A DNA stretch of 64,000 bases from Chthoniobacteraceae bacterium (GTDB taxonomy: Bacteria; Verrucomicrobiota; Verrucomicrobiia; Chthoniobacterales; Chthoniobacteraceae), in assembly GCA_031409335.1 (NCBI GenBank), contig JANNWY010000170.1:1-64000 (forward strand), read 5' to 3'. The position numbers and the translations under genes were made by a program. The notes below the pieces were generated by a model. That model made no database searches. It saw nothing but the letters and a program-made list of their open reading frames with translations, and was not told the origin of the DNA. Below are positions 37,845-48,034 of this stretch, piece after piece (the stretch's first letter is position 1; each line of letters begins with the position of its first letter).

Positions 37845-39005
37845 ATGAACGCAAGTGAAATCATCTACCTCGACAACAACGCGACGACTCGGGTCGATCC
37901 CGCGGTGGTCGGGGAAATGATGCCGTTTCTCACCGAGTTTTACGGGAATCCATCAAGCGGATACCGCTTTGGCAAACAGGTCGGAAAGGCGCTGGATCTC
38001 GCGCGCGAGCGGGTTGCCGGGCTGCTTGGCTGCGAGCCGGCGGAGATTGTTTTCACGAGTTGCGGCACCGAGTCCACGAATGCGGCGATCCATTCCGCGC
38101 TGCTCATGGACCGCGACCGGCAGCACATCGTCACCACCCGCGTCGAGCATTCCGCGACGCTGAAACACTGCGAGGCGCTCGCCAAACGCGGGACGGAAGT
38201 GACGTGGCTCGGCGTCGATCCACGCGGCCAGGTGGACCTTGCGGAACTCGATCGCGCCATCCGGCCCGACACCGCGCTGGTCTCGGTGATGTGGGCGAAC
38301 AATGAAACCGGCGTGATTTTTCCCGTGGAAGAAATCGCCGCGATCGTCCGCAAAAAAGGCGCGCTGTTTCACACCGATGCAGTGCAGGCGATCGGAAAAA
38401 TTCCACTTCGCCTCACGGACGCGAAGATCAATTTCCTCTCGCTCTCCGGCCACAAGCTGCACTGCCCAAAAGGCGTCGGCGTGCTTTACGTGAACCGACG
38501 CACGAGGTTCGCGCCGTATCTCATCGGCGGCGGACAGGAAAACGCCAAACGCGCGGGCACGGAGAATGTCTCGTCGATCGTCGGTCTCGGCAAAGCGTGT
38601 GAAATCGCGGGCGCATTTCTGGATCACGAAGCGACAGAAGTGCGCGGGATGCGCGATGAATTCGAGAGCAGCCTAGTCTCGCGGATCGAAGGTGCGCAGG
38701 TCAACGGCGACATCGCGAACCGCCTGCCAAACACGAGCAACTTGTCGTTTGAAGGCGTTGATTCCGAGGGCGTGCTGATGCTGCTCGATCAGCACGGCAT
38801 CTGTTGCTCATCCGGCTCTGCCTGCACCACCGGCTCCGTCCACGCGTCGCATGTTTTGAAAGCGATGGGTTTCTCCGATGACCGCGCGCGCGCCAGCCTG
38901 CGGTTCTCCTTCTCGCGTTTCAACACGCGCGAGGAAGTGGCTAGGGCGATCGAGGTCGTCCCGCAGGTGATCGGCAAGCTCCGCCGGGTCGCGGTGGCAG
39001 CGTAA
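37845..39005 (+). CDS. Cysteine desulfurase (NifS/IscS group I)
   Basis: YLDNNATT, HTDAVQ, SGHK (PLP Lys), SSGSACT. Confidence 0.95.
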   Translation: MNASEIIYLDNNATTRVDPAVVGEMMPFLTEFYGNPSSGYRFGKQVGKALDLARERVAGLLGCEPAEIVFTSCGTESTNAAIHSALLMDRDRQHIVTTRVEHSATLKHCEALAKRGTEVTWLGVDPRGQVDLAELDRAIRPDTALVSVMWANNETGVIFPVEEIAAIVRKKGALFHTDAVQAIGKIPLRLTDAKINFLSLSGHKLHCPKGVGVLYVNRRTRFAPYLIGGGQENAKRAGTENVSSIVGLGKACEIAGAFLDHEATEVRGMRDEFESSLVSRIEGAQVNGDIANRLPNTSNLSFEGVDSEGVLMLLDQHGICCSSGSACTTGSVHASHVLKAMGFSDDRARASLRFSFSRFNTREEVARAIEVVPQVIGKLRRVAVAA

Positions 39006-39013
39006 TTTCGCGC

Positions 39014-40441
39014 CTACTTTTTCCCGGCGATCGGCGCGTCAAGGTCGAGCTTGCTTTGCGGGATCACTTCGAGCTTTGGAAAAATCTCCCGCATCGGTTT
39101 TGCGACATCGTTCGCGCGGCCCACGACGATGACCGACATCGCGTCCGGCGACAGATGCTTTTCCGCGAACGCGCGCACTTCATCCAAACTCACCGACTGG
39201 ATGCGCTCGACGTGTTTCGCGAGCGTATCGACCGGCAGCCCGTGCAGCGCCAGTTCGGAAACGCGCGCCACGTAGCCGTCATTGGTTTCCAGTTCGCGCG
39301 CGAAATTCCCCGTCAGCACCGCTTTGCGCGAAGCGAAATAATTTTCCGCGACCGGCTCGCTGGAGAGCCGTTTGAGTTCGGCTTGAATGATGCGGATGAC
39401 TTCCGCAGCGGATTCGTTTTTGGTCTGGCAGGAGGCGGCGAAGATGCCGAACTGGCCGCTCGTGGTGAGCCGGCTCGCCGCGCCGTAACTCAGGCCGCGC
39501 TTGAGGCGGATTTCCTGATTGAGCCGCGAGGAATATCCGGTGCCGAGCACCGCGTTGGTTACCTCCGCGATCGTGAAAGCCGCGTCCGCTTTTCCCAAAC
39601 CCGGCGCTCCGACATACACGGCGGCCTGCCCCGCGAAGGGAAGATCGACGAGGATGGCGCGCGGCTTTTGTCCAGGCGTGCTGGCGGCAGGTGGCGCGGG
39701 TGCTTTCGCCGCGGGCCAGTCGCCGAGGACTTTCTCCGCGAGCGCGAAGCCGTCCGCGGCGGTGATATTTCCCGCCATGACAAGCAGCGCATTTCCGGGA
39801 ACGAACGCGCGAGTGTGAAGCCCGGCGATATCCGTCCGCTTGATGCGCGGGAGCGAGGCGAGCGTGCCTTGCGTGGGATGCGCGTATGGCGATGCGCCGA
39901 GCAGCGCGCGTGCGGCGACGGAACGCGCGACCGCGCCGGGCGTTTCCATTTCGAGACGCAAATCGTCGAGCGCCTGCTTGCGGTGGCGCTCGATTTCCTC
40001 CGCGTCGAATTTCGGATTTCGCACCACGTCCGCAAGAATCTCAAACGCCGCGCCGACATTGGCGGACAGCGTCTTCAGCGTCACGTCGATCGAGTCCCAG
40101 CCCGCGTCGGCGACGAGCGACGCGCCTAGGGATTCCACTTCGCTCGCGATCTGCGGGGCGGTGCGTTTCGCGGTGCCTTGCGTGAGCAGGGAAGCCGTGA
40201 ATTTCGCGAGACCCGCGAGTTTTTCCGGGTCCGTCTCGCTGCCGCTGCGGACGATCAGATTCGCGCTGAGCAGCGGCACGCCGGGCCGCTCGATCACGAT
40301 CACGCGCAGGCCGTTCGCGAGCGTCTTTTCCTGCGGCGCGACGAGCTTCGTGGGCCGCAGCGCGGCGGGTTTCGGCAGACCTTCGATTTCGACCGCGACC
40401 GCGGTCGTAAGCGTGAGGAGCAACAACGCGAGTGTTTTCAT
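39014..40441 (-). CDS. M16 peptidase, non-catalytic subunit
   Basis: LANGLRV, SSRLNQEIRLKRGLSYG. HxxEH is absent (GLAKFTASLL). Confidence 0.88.
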   Translation of the reverse strand: MKTLALLLLTLTTAVAVEIEGLPKPAALRPTKLVAPQEKTLANGLRVIVIERPGVPLLSANLIVRSGSETDPEKLAGLAKFTASLLTQGTAKRTAPQIASEVESLGASLVADAGWDSIDVTLKTLSANVGAAFEILADVVRNPKFDAEEIERHRKQALDDLRLEMETPGAVARSVAARALLGASPYAHPTQGTLASLPRIKRTDIAGLHTRAFVPGNALLVMAGNITAADGFALAEKVLGDWPAAKAPAPPAASTPGQKPRAILVDLPFAGQAAVYVGAPGLGKADAAFTIAEVTNAVLGTGYSSRLNQEIRLKRGLSYGAASRLTTSGQFGIFAASCQTKNESAAEVIRIIQAELKRLSSEPVAENYFASRKAVLTGNFARELETNDGYVARVSELALHGLPVDTLAKHVERIQSVSLDEVRAFAEKHLSPDAMSVIVVGRANDVAKPMREIFPKLEVIPQSKLDLDAPIAGKK

Positions 40442-41763
40442 TTCTTCTCCTTTGCTGTCGGCAGGTATTCGAGGACGAGCCGGTTGTCGTCGGTGAACCA
40501 CTTTTTTGCCGCTGCCTGGACTTGTTCGGCGGTCACAGCTTCGAGTTTGGCGAGGTCGGTATTCACGAGCGCCGGATCGCCCCGGATGGTCGCGGCTTCG
40601 GCGAGCGCGCTGGCTTTGCCGTCGCACGTTTCGCGTTCGGCGAGCTGGCTGGCGAGGAGCTGGTTTTTCGCAGTGGTGAGCTCGGCGGCGGAGATCGGCG
40701 CATCGGTGAGTTTCTTCACCTCGTCGAGCAAAGCGACGCGCGTTTTCGCGATGTCCGCGCCGCTCGCGAGGATGATCTGGAAAGTGAGCAGCCCGAGATC
40801 CGTCCGCAGATCGGCGGAGAATTGCGCGGTTTGCGCCATCTCCATTTCGTAAATCAGCACGCGATACAGCCTCGACGATTCGCCGCCGCTCAACGCCTGC
40901 TGCAAGACTTGGAATGCGGGCGCTTCCTCGCTCGTGATGGCCGGCCCGAGATAGGTGACGGCGAGCGCGGGCAGCGGAACCTTCGGACTCGAATCGCGCA
41001 ATGTCCGCTCACCGGTGCGCGCGGGCTCTTTCACCGTCACGCGCGGGATCGGCGTTTCCGGCCTGGGGATCGGGCCGAAATACTGATCCACCCACTTCTG
41101 CAAATCCGCCGACTCGAAATCGCCTGCGACGACCAGCACCGCATTGTCCGGCCGGTAAAACGTCGCGTGAAAACTCTTCACTTCGTCGAGGCTGGAAGCG
41201 TCGAGCTCCTCGATGTTTCCGATCGTCGGCCGTTTGTAGGGATGCGCTGCGAACGACATTTTCGGAATCCATTCGCCGAACTCACCGTATGGCTGCGCGA
41301 GCACGCTCTGGCGGAATTCCTCCTTCACCACATCGCGCTCAGTGAAGAAATTTTTCGTGTCCACGCGCAGCGACGAAAGCCGCTCCGCCTCCGCCCAGAT
41401 CAGCCTCTCCAAATGATTCGCGGGCACCGTCTCGTGATATGCCGTTACGTCGTCGGACGTGAAAGCGTTGTTTTCCCCGCCCACATCTTCCGTCAGCCGG
41501 TCGATCGTTTCGTTCGGCATCCGCTTCGTGCTTTTGAACATCATGTGCTCGAACAAATGCGCGAATCCGCTGCGCCCCGCGGGATCATCCTTCGAGCCGA
41601 CGCGATACCAAATCTGGATCGCGGCAGTCGGCGTGGAGTGATCTTCGAGAGCGATGACACGGAGCCCGTTCGCGAGGGTGCGATCGGTGAAGGTGAGTGG
41701 CGGCGCGATGATCTCGGCGCGTGCGACGAGCGGGAGGAGAAGGCAGAGGCAGAGAGCTTTCAC
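40438..41763 (-). CDS. M16 (pitrilysin-like) zinc peptidase, catalytic subunit
   Basis: GFAHLFEHMMF, NAFTS, ERDVVKEE. GTG start followed by a signal peptide. Confidence 0.92.
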   Translation of the reverse strand: MKALCLCLLLPLVARAEIIAPPLTFTDRTLANGLRVIALEDHSTPTAAIQIWYRVGSKDDPAGRSGFAHLFEHMMFKSTKRMPNETIDRLTEDVGGENNAFTSDDVTAYHETVPANHLERLIWAEAERLSSLRVDTKNFFTERDVVKEEFRQSVLAQPYGEFGEWIPKMSFAAHPYKRPTIGNIEELDASSLDEVKSFHATFYRPDNAVLVVAGDFESADLQKWVDQYFGPIPRPETPIPRVTVKEPARTGERTLRDSSPKVPLPALAVTYLGPAITSEEAPAFQVLQQALSGGESSRLYRVLIYEMEMAQTAQFSADLRTDLGLLTFQIILASGADIAKTRVALLDEVKKLTDAPISAAELTTAKNQLLASQLAERETCDGKASALAEAATIRGDPALVNTDLAKLEAVTAEQVQAAAKKWFTDDNRLVLEYLPTAKEKK

Positions 41764-41819
41764 GAGGGCGTCACGCTCTGTGGAGTCCGGCGCGATGGCA
41801 ACACGAAAGCGGCTCCGAA

Positions 41820-42953
41820 TCAGCGGTAAAATTCCGCGATCTGCGCCGCGACGTAGCGCTGCTGATCCTCGCGCAGTTCCGGAAAAATCGGGAGCGCGAG
41901 CGTTTCCTTCGCCGCACGTTCGGATTCGGGGAAATCGCCTTCGCGGTAGCCGAGATCGCGGAAACATTCCTGCATGTGGAGCGGCAGCGGATAGTAAATT
42001 TCCGTGCCAATCCCCGCCGCGGTGAGGTGTGCGCGGAGGTCGTCGCGGCGCGGGGCGCGGATGACGAACTGGTTGTAGATGTGATGATTCACGAGCCCCG
42101 AATCGGCATAAGCCTCCGGCGGCGTCTCGATGATCTCATCCAGCTCCAGGCGGCGAAATTCCTCCCGATAAATTGCGGCTCGCGCACTCCGCGCGGCGCT
42201 CCACGCATCGAGATGCGGCAGCTTCACACCGAGCACGGCGGATTGAATCGCGTCGATGCGGAAATTTCCGCCGACCCACTTGTGATAGTAGCGCGTCTCC
42301 ATCCCGTGATTTCGCAGCGCGCGGATTTTCGCCCCGAGCTTCGCGTCCCGGCAGGTCACCATGCCCGCATCGCCGAATGCACCGAGATTTTTCGTGGGGT
42401 AAAATGAGAACCAACCCGCCTCGCCGATCGCCCCCGCGGCACCGAGCGGATGCACCGCACCGAGCGCCTGCGCAGCGTCTTCGAGCACGGGAACACCGTG
42501 ACTTTTCCCCAGCGCACAGATCGCCGCCATGTCCGCGCACTGCCCGAAAAGATGCACCGGCAAGATCGCCTTGACCTTCGCGGAACGCGCCAGCGCTTCA
42601 TCCAGCGCCGCCGGTGAAATATTGAAAGTCTTCGGATCGATATCGACAAACACCGGGCGCGCCCCGAGCCGCGCGATGCAACCCGCCGTGGCGAAAAACG
42701 TGAACGGCGTCGTGATGACCGCATCGCCCGGCCCGATGCCGAGCGCCATCATCAGCACGAGCTGCGCATCGGTTCCCGACGAGATTCCGATGGCGTCGCC
42801 CGCGCCGCAATACGCCGCGACCGCTTTTTCAAACGCCTCCGTTTTCGGACCGAGGATCAGCCCCTGCGAATCCGCGACCGCCTCGATCTCGGCAAGGATT
42901 TGCGATTTGAGCGGAGCGTATTGGAGTTTGAGATCGAGGAGCGGGACTTGCAT
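41820..42953 (-). CDS. DegT/DnrJ/EryC1/StrS family aminotransferase
   Basis: SGTDA, TFFATA, PVHLFGQ, EDAAQA, SFYPTKNLG. Confidence 0.95.
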   Translation of the reverse strand: MQVPLLDLKLQYAPLKSQILAEIEAVADSQGLILGPKTEAFEKAVAAYCGAGDAIGISSGTDAQLVLMMALGIGPGDAVITTPFTFFATAGCIARLGARPVFVDIDPKTFNISPAALDEALARSAKVKAILPVHLFGQCADMAAICALGKSHGVPVLEDAAQALGAVHPLGAAGAIGEAGWFSFYPTKNLGAFGDAGMVTCRDAKLGAKIRALRNHGMETRYYHKWVGGNFRIDAIQSAVLGVKLPHLDAWSAARSARAAIYREEFRRLELDEIIETPPEAYADSGLVNHHIYNQFVIRAPRRDDLRAHLTAAGIGTEIYYPLPLHMQECFRDLGYREGDFPESERAAKETLALPIFPELREDQQRYVAAQIAEFYR

Positions 42954-43038
42954 CGGCGCAGGATGGAAAGCATCGCGCGCCCGCGCGTCGAGGTCGTTCT
43001 TGCCACGGGATTGCCGAGATGGGATTCAGTTTGGCCAA

Positions 43039-44184
43039 ATGCTCAACTCCCTGCTGCTTTGCATCCTCGCGCTGGTTTTCGCCTCATCCATCGTCCATGC
43101 GGAAACGGAATTTCGCGGCGCGTGGGTGGCGTCGGTTTTTAATTTGGACTGGCCATCAAAGCCGGGGCTGCCAGCAGCGGAGCAGAAGACGGAATTGCGG
43201 GCGCTGCTGGATCGGGCGGCGGGGCTGAAGCTAAACGCAATCCTGCTCCAGGTGCGGCCCGCGAGCGATGCGCTGTATGCGTCGAAGATCGAGCCGTGGT
43301 CGCAATTTCTCAGCGGCGCGCAGGGCGTGTCGCCGGGTTACGATCCGCTGGCTTTCGCGATTTCGGAAGCGCACGCGCGCGGGATCGAGTTGCACGCGTG
43401 GTTCAATCCGTTTCGCGCGGCGACGAATGCGAACGCAACGCTTGCCGCGAATCACGTAGCGCGCGAGCGTCCCGAGTGGACGCGGCGTTACGGCGGCCAG
43501 CTTTGGCTCGATCCGGGCGAGCCGGCGGCGCGCGAATATGTGATCTCGGTGATGGTCGATGTCGCGCGGCGGTACGAGGTGGATGGCATTCACATCGACG
43601 ATTATTTTTACCCGTATCCAAAGGGCGGCGCAGTATTCCCGGACGAGGCGACTTTTGCAAAATACGGCGACGGGAAAGATCGCGGCGACTGGCGTCGGGA
43701 GAATATCAACCGCTTCGTGGAGACGATGTATGCGCGGGTGAAGTCGGCGCGGCCTTCCGCGAAGGTCGGCATCAGCCCGTTTGGCATCTGGCGGCCCGGC
43801 GTGCCCGCGACGATCGAAGCGCAGCTTGATTCCTACGCGCAGCTTTTCGCGGACTCGCGGAAGTGGCTGGCGGAAGGCTGGTGCGATTACCTCGCGCCGC
43901 AGCTTTACTGGTCGATCGCGCCGTCGAAACAAAGTTTTCCCGTGCTGCTGAACTGGTGGCGCGCGCAGAGCCGCGGCAAGGCGATCTGGCCAGGCATCGC
44001 GACGGAACGCATCGGCGCGGCGCGGCCGGCGCAGGAAATGATCGAGCAAATCGCGCTGACGCGAAGCGGCACGAATTCCCCGGGGCACATTCACTGGAGC
44101 ATGAAATCGCTGATGCGAAATCAGGGCGGCATCGCGGATAAACTGCGCGCGGGGCCGTACGCGGAGCGGGCCGGAGCGCGTTAG
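43039..44184 (+). CDS. Glycosyl hydrolase-like 10 family (YddW/DigH-like)
   Basis: EFRGAWVASVFNLDWPS, HAWFNPFR, DGIHIDDYFYPY, DYLAPQLYW. Confidence 0.9.
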   Translation: MLNSLLLCILALVFASSIVHAETEFRGAWVASVFNLDWPSKPGLPAAEQKTELRALLDRAAGLKLNAILLQVRPASDALYASKIEPWSQFLSGAQGVSPGYDPLAFAISEAHARGIELHAWFNPFRAATNANATLAANHVARERPEWTRRYGGQLWLDPGEPAAREYVISVMVDVARRYEVDGIHIDDYFYPYPKGGAVFPDEATFAKYGDGKDRGDWRRENINRFVETMYARVKSARPSAKVGISPFGIWRPGVPATIEAQLDSYAQLFADSRKWLAEGWCDYLAPQLYWSIAPSKQSFPVLLNWWRAQSRGKAIWPGIATERIGAARPAQEMIEQIALTRSGTNSPGHIHWSMKSLMRNQGGIADKLRAGPYAERAGAR

Positions 44185-45839
44185 CCGGAGATTGCGGCGA
44201 ACTTTTCCAAACACCCGAGCAGATACGGCAGCAGTTGTTTTTTGCGCGAGACGATGCCTGTGAGTTCCCAGATGTGGGGCTGCTTTTGCGGGTAGTCGAT
44301 GGTGGCTAGAAATTCGGGGGAGCCTTGCACGAGCAGGAGTGAGGTCTGGTCGTTGATGTCGGTGACGAGCAGGGCGGCGAAGAGCAGGCCGTCGCGGGCG
44401 CGCGCGGTTTCGAGCGTGGCGAGGAGGGCGTCCTGTTTTTCGGGAAAGTGGGCGAACGTCAGCTCTTCGATTTGCGCGACGGAGAAGCGGTGGCCGGCTT
44501 CCGTGTAGGGTTTGCAGTCGGCATTGATCGCCTGCTCGGGGGTGAGCGTGAGCAGCGGCGAGCCGACGGAGAAGATTTGCTCCGCGAGTTTTCCGGGATC
44601 GGTGGCGGCGATTTTCGACAGGCGATGCAGGATGTCGCAGTCGATCGGCGTCGTGGTGGGCGAAGTGAGATTGAGCGTGTCGGAGATGAGTCCGGCCATG
44701 AGCAGGCCCGCGATCGGTGGCGGAATCGGCACGCCGAGCTGCTGGTAACACATGGCGACGATGCTGCTCGTGGAGCCGACGGGGTTGTTCCAAAACAGGA
44801 TCGGCGCATCGCTCGAAAAACCGCCGAGCTTGTGGTGATCGAGGATTTCGACGATCGGCACTTTGTCCGCGCCGCGCACCGCCTGCGCGAGTTCGTTGTG
44901 ATCGACGAGGATGAGCTGGCGCGGGATTTCTTTTAGGAAATCCGATTTTGACAGGATGCCGACGAGCGCGCCGTCGTCGTCGAGCACGGGGAAGATGAAC
45001 GCGGAAGACTCGGCGGCGGTGCGGCGCGCGTGGTCGAGCAGGGTGTCGCGATGAAAACTGATGTAGTCGGATTCGAGCATGCGGCTGACACGGACGGCAC
45101 CGCGGGCGAGGAGCACGCTGGTGGCGGTGTCGTGTGGCGAGCTGATGACGGTGACGCCGGCGGCGCGGGCGCGGGCGCGCGTGGTTTCATCGATGGGCAG
45201 ATTTCCGGTGACGACGATGGCCTGGACCCGCGCAGCGATGGCGAACTCTTGAATGTGCGGGCGGTCGCCGACGAAGAGGACGACCCGGCGATTCGCGTGG
45301 TGGGCGAGGCGCGGAGTGAAGGACTCGGCATTCATCGCGCCAACCATGAGCAGCATCTCGGCGGGCTCGCCGGAAAGCTGGCCGGTGACGAGCGCGCCGC
45401 CAAACGTGGTGACGATGTCCGCGAGTGACGCGGTGATCAGGCGCGCGGAGGCTGCTTCATCGCGCGGCGGGAAAAGGTAGTGCGTGATTTTGAAAGTACT
45501 GAGCAGGCCGAGGCAGTGGTTGTTTTCATCGACCACGGGCAGGCCGCGCAGCCGCATTTTGTCGATGAGTTGCACGGCGTCGTAGATCGGCGAATCGGCG
45601 TGGACGGAAATGACGTGCGGCTCCATCACATCCTCGACGCGCGGCGAGAGGTCGTTGATGAGCAGCGGCGCGGGGATGCCGAATTTTTCGAGGACGAAGT
45701 CGATGCGTTCGTTGGTGTGGCCGGCCCGCGCGGCGACGACGTTGTCGTGTCCGGACAGGCGCTTGAGTTCCGCGTAGGCGATGGCGGAGCAGATGGAATC
45801 CATGTCAGGATTCCGATGGCCGATGACGATGGTTTGCAT
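44181..45839 (-). CDS. ppaC: Mn-dependent inorganic pyrophosphatase with CBS-DRTGG insert (family II)
   Basis: GHRNPDMDS, CBS pair, VGDR, LVDHNE, ILDHH, ISDTL, SRKKQ. Confidence 0.92.
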   Translation of the reverse strand: MQTIVIGHRNPDMDSICSAIAYAELKRLSGHDNVVAARAGHTNERIDFVLEKFGIPAPLLINDLSPRVEDVMEPHVISVHADSPIYDAVQLIDKMRLRGLPVVDENNHCLGLLSTFKITHYLFPPRDEAASARLITASLADIVTTFGGALVTGQLSGEPAEMLLMVGAMNAESFTPRLAHHANRRVVLFVGDRPHIQEFAIAARVQAIVVTGNLPIDETTRARARAAGVTVISSPHDTATSVLLARGAVRVSRMLESDYISFHRDTLLDHARRTAAESSAFIFPVLDDDGALVGILSKSDFLKEIPRQLILVDHNELAQAVRGADKVPIVEILDHHKLGGFSSDAPILFWNNPVGSTSSIVAMCYQQLGVPIPPPIAGLLMAGLISDTLNLTSPTTTPIDCDILHRLSKIAATDPGKLAEQIFSVGSPLLTLTPEQAINADCKPYTEAGHRFSVAQIEELTFAHFPEKQDALLATLETARARDGLLFAALLVTDINDQTSLLLVQGSPEFLATIDYPQKQPHIWELTGIVSRKKQLLPYLLGCLEKFAAISG

Positions 45840-45907
45840 GGCGGATGCTTGGCGTCAGCGATCGCGGCGCGGGGAAAAGCGCGTGCGTTTTCCTTTTCCT
45901 CGCGGTG

Positions 45908-46498
45908 TCAGAAAGTGCGGATGCTCGCGATGGCGTTCGGCGCGCGGAGAAGTGCGCTCATTTTTTCGCGATCTAGCGCGCTTGCGGGATTGAAAGCCGT
46001 GCCATGCGTCGCGCGGAACTGCGCTTCGCGCTTGGACGATGCGTTGTTTTTCGCATGGTGGCGATGCCGTTCGGGAGGCGCGATCTGCTTGCCATCTTCC
46101 GGCCCGACGATCTCCACATCGCGCCCAACGTAGAAACGAATCTGCTGCTGCGTGCCAGCATTTGGCAGCCACGTCGGGCGACCGCTGCGTTCATCCTTGA
46201 TCCACCACGGATACGTCGGATTCGAGTCATCGCGGTAGATCACTGCGGTGCGCTCGGAGATGGCGTCGTCACGCAGTCGGCTGCGGTAGCGATACTGATA
46301 AGTCACCACCTTGTGCTCGATGCGCGCGGCTTTCAGTTCGTGGTGCAAACCTTCCGCATAAATCCTCGACGTGTCTCCCTCGCGTGGAACATCGATCCGG
46401 GAGCGGACGACTTTATCCCAAGTGGGCGACTTTTGAAAAAGCGCGCAGCCGGTGAATGCGAAGCAGGCGAGGATCGGAAGGAACAGTGATTTCGACAT
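45908..46498 (-). CDS. Hypothetical lipoprotein
   Basis: MSKSLFLPILACFAFTGC lipobox-type signal. Confidence 0.7.
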   Translation of the reverse strand: MSKSLFLPILACFAFTGCALFQKSPTWDKVVRSRIDVPREGDTSRIYAEGLHHELKAARIEHKVVTYQYRYRSRLRDDAISERTAVIYRDDSNPTYPWWIKDERSGRPTWLPNAGTQQQIRFYVGRDVEIVGPEDGKQIAPPERHRHHAKNNASSKREAQFRATHGTAFNPASALDREKMSALLRAPNAIASIRTF

Positions 46499-46615
46499 GG
46501 TGCTGGAAGTCCGGGCGGAGCGAACGAGTGCGATAGCGGTGGCGCAGAGTTTTCTCAAGCCGTTTCTCCCCACGCGCGGGTTCGCTGTGGCGGGCGTTTC
46601 TGTCCCGGACTCGCG

Positions 46616-47257
46616 TTACACTGTCACCCCGTCGAGGTCCGCCTTCGCGGTCGCAAGCGCCTGCCGCAGCGCATCGCGATCGCGCAGGATTGCGTCGAAA
46701 TCCCGGAGGAAATTTGCCGCGTCCCGCTTCAGCGCCCCATTTTCACGCAGCAGCGTGTCGCGTTCGCCGACCGCCCGCCGATAAATCTGAACGGGCACGC
46801 TGGAATCTTCCATGTCGGCGGCCTGCAAGGTCGCGGCGCCGAGAATCTCCAACTGCCGTTGCAGCGCGGCCACCTTGTCTTGAAGATCGCGGTTGTCGCG
46901 CTTGAGAAATTCCACCTCGGATTTGCTGGGTGCCGGGGGATTGCGGAATTCGCCGAGATCGGCTGGCACCTCGGGCGAGAAGTCCGCCGCGACATTCCCA
47001 AATCGAATCCGGCAGGGAACGTGAAGGTGGAAATCCTTCACGGGCTGCCCATCGACGCATGAAAGATTCGTCGAATCGAGATCGTGCAGTCGGTAGGTGC
47101 CTTGAACGAGGATAAGTTCGGCGTGATGCGCCGATACGCTGCGGTCGAGAATCTGAATCGTGTTGTCCGCGGCGCGTCCGATCGTGATGCGATTGCCCTC
47201 GAGGATCTGCCCGATCGGTTCTGGCTGATTCGGAAGTGTAAGGCGGAGAAATGGCAT
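46616..47257 (-). CDS. FHA domain + coiled-coil protein
   Basis: ITIGRAADN, SVSAHHA, DLDSTN, IRFG. Start uncertain. Confidence 0.82.
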   Translation of the reverse strand: MPFLRLTLPNQPEPIGQILEGNRITIGRAADNTIQILDRSVSAHHAELILVQGTYRLHDLDSTNLSCVDGQPVKDFHLHVPCRIRFGNVAADFSPEVPADLGEFRNPPAPSKSEVEFLKRDNRDLQDKVAALQRQLEILGAATLQAADMEDSSVPVQIYRRAVGERDTLLRENGALKRDAANFLRDFDAILRDRDALRQALATAKADLDGVTV

Positions 47258-47408
47258 TAGTCGGGCGGTCGTGCGCGGCACCATCGCTCCAGCAGCGCTC
47301 ATGCCGGGGGGCGCGGGCGCTTGTGAAACGGGCGCATCGGGGTGTGATTGAAAATGGCCCCAGCAGAGTCTCTGACCTCCACCTTTTTGCCTAAAAGCGG
47401 CGGTGGAG

Positions 47409-47570
47409 ATTGCCGCGGAGGACACGGAGGACGCGGAAAACACGGAGAAGGAAGAGGTTGCGTCCCGTGTTGCCGGGAGGGCGTCGTTCACCGATTGGGT
47501 GAGCGGCGCGAGCTTCGTAAATCTCCGCGTCCTCCGTGTCTTCCCCGTTGTCCGCGTTGTCCGCGATTTC
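47409..47570. repeat. Second copy of the 9-bp periodic inverted-repeat element
   Basis: Left arm attgccgcggaggacacggaggacgcggaaaacacggagaag closely matches 17505-17546. Degenerate right arm at 47523-47570. Confidence 0.75.
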
Positions 47571-47616
47571 CATCGCCGAATCTAGCTTCAGGCGCACGCC
47601 ACCGAGAGCGGCTCGA

Positions 47617-47648
47617 CAACCTATTGTTGCAAATGCAACAAAAGGTTG
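47617..47648. promoter_or_regulatory. AT-rich near-perfect palindrome, candidate operator
   Basis: CAACCTATTGTTGCA-AA-TGCAACAAAAGGTTG, 15-bp arms with one mismatch. Confidence 0.45.
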
Positions 47649-48034
47649 CAGCGCGGGAAGCGTCCGCGAGTAACGCACGGGTTTTCTGCCCACGGTGCCT
47701 CGGGCTCGATCCGGGCTTCGCAGCGGATCGGAGTGTCTGCGTTACGGAGCTGCACTGGCGGGCGCGATCGGCCCCGAATAGTCCACCGGCCGCGCCGGTA
47801 GCTGGAAGCAGCCCTTTTCATCCACGCCACCCTCGGAAATTCGGATCGTGACCGCTTTCCGGCGCGCACGCGAGAGAGCAGCGCTGCCGCACGAATGCGC
47901 GCGGTCAACGAACGTGAACTGATCGACGTCGCCAGCGTGGCTCGCAGAGCTGCGCCACTTGATGCGGGAAAGTGCCTGAGATTTTCAGGCCATACGCGGC
48001 CTCGCGCAGCACGAGCGCTGCGGGAGAGAAGGGA

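Noticed and set aside
47670..47745. Integron attC-like site (TAAC...GTTA ends)
   Set aside because: The ends do not fit RYYYAAC/GTTRRRY, the arms are asymmetric, and there is no cassette array or integron integrase.
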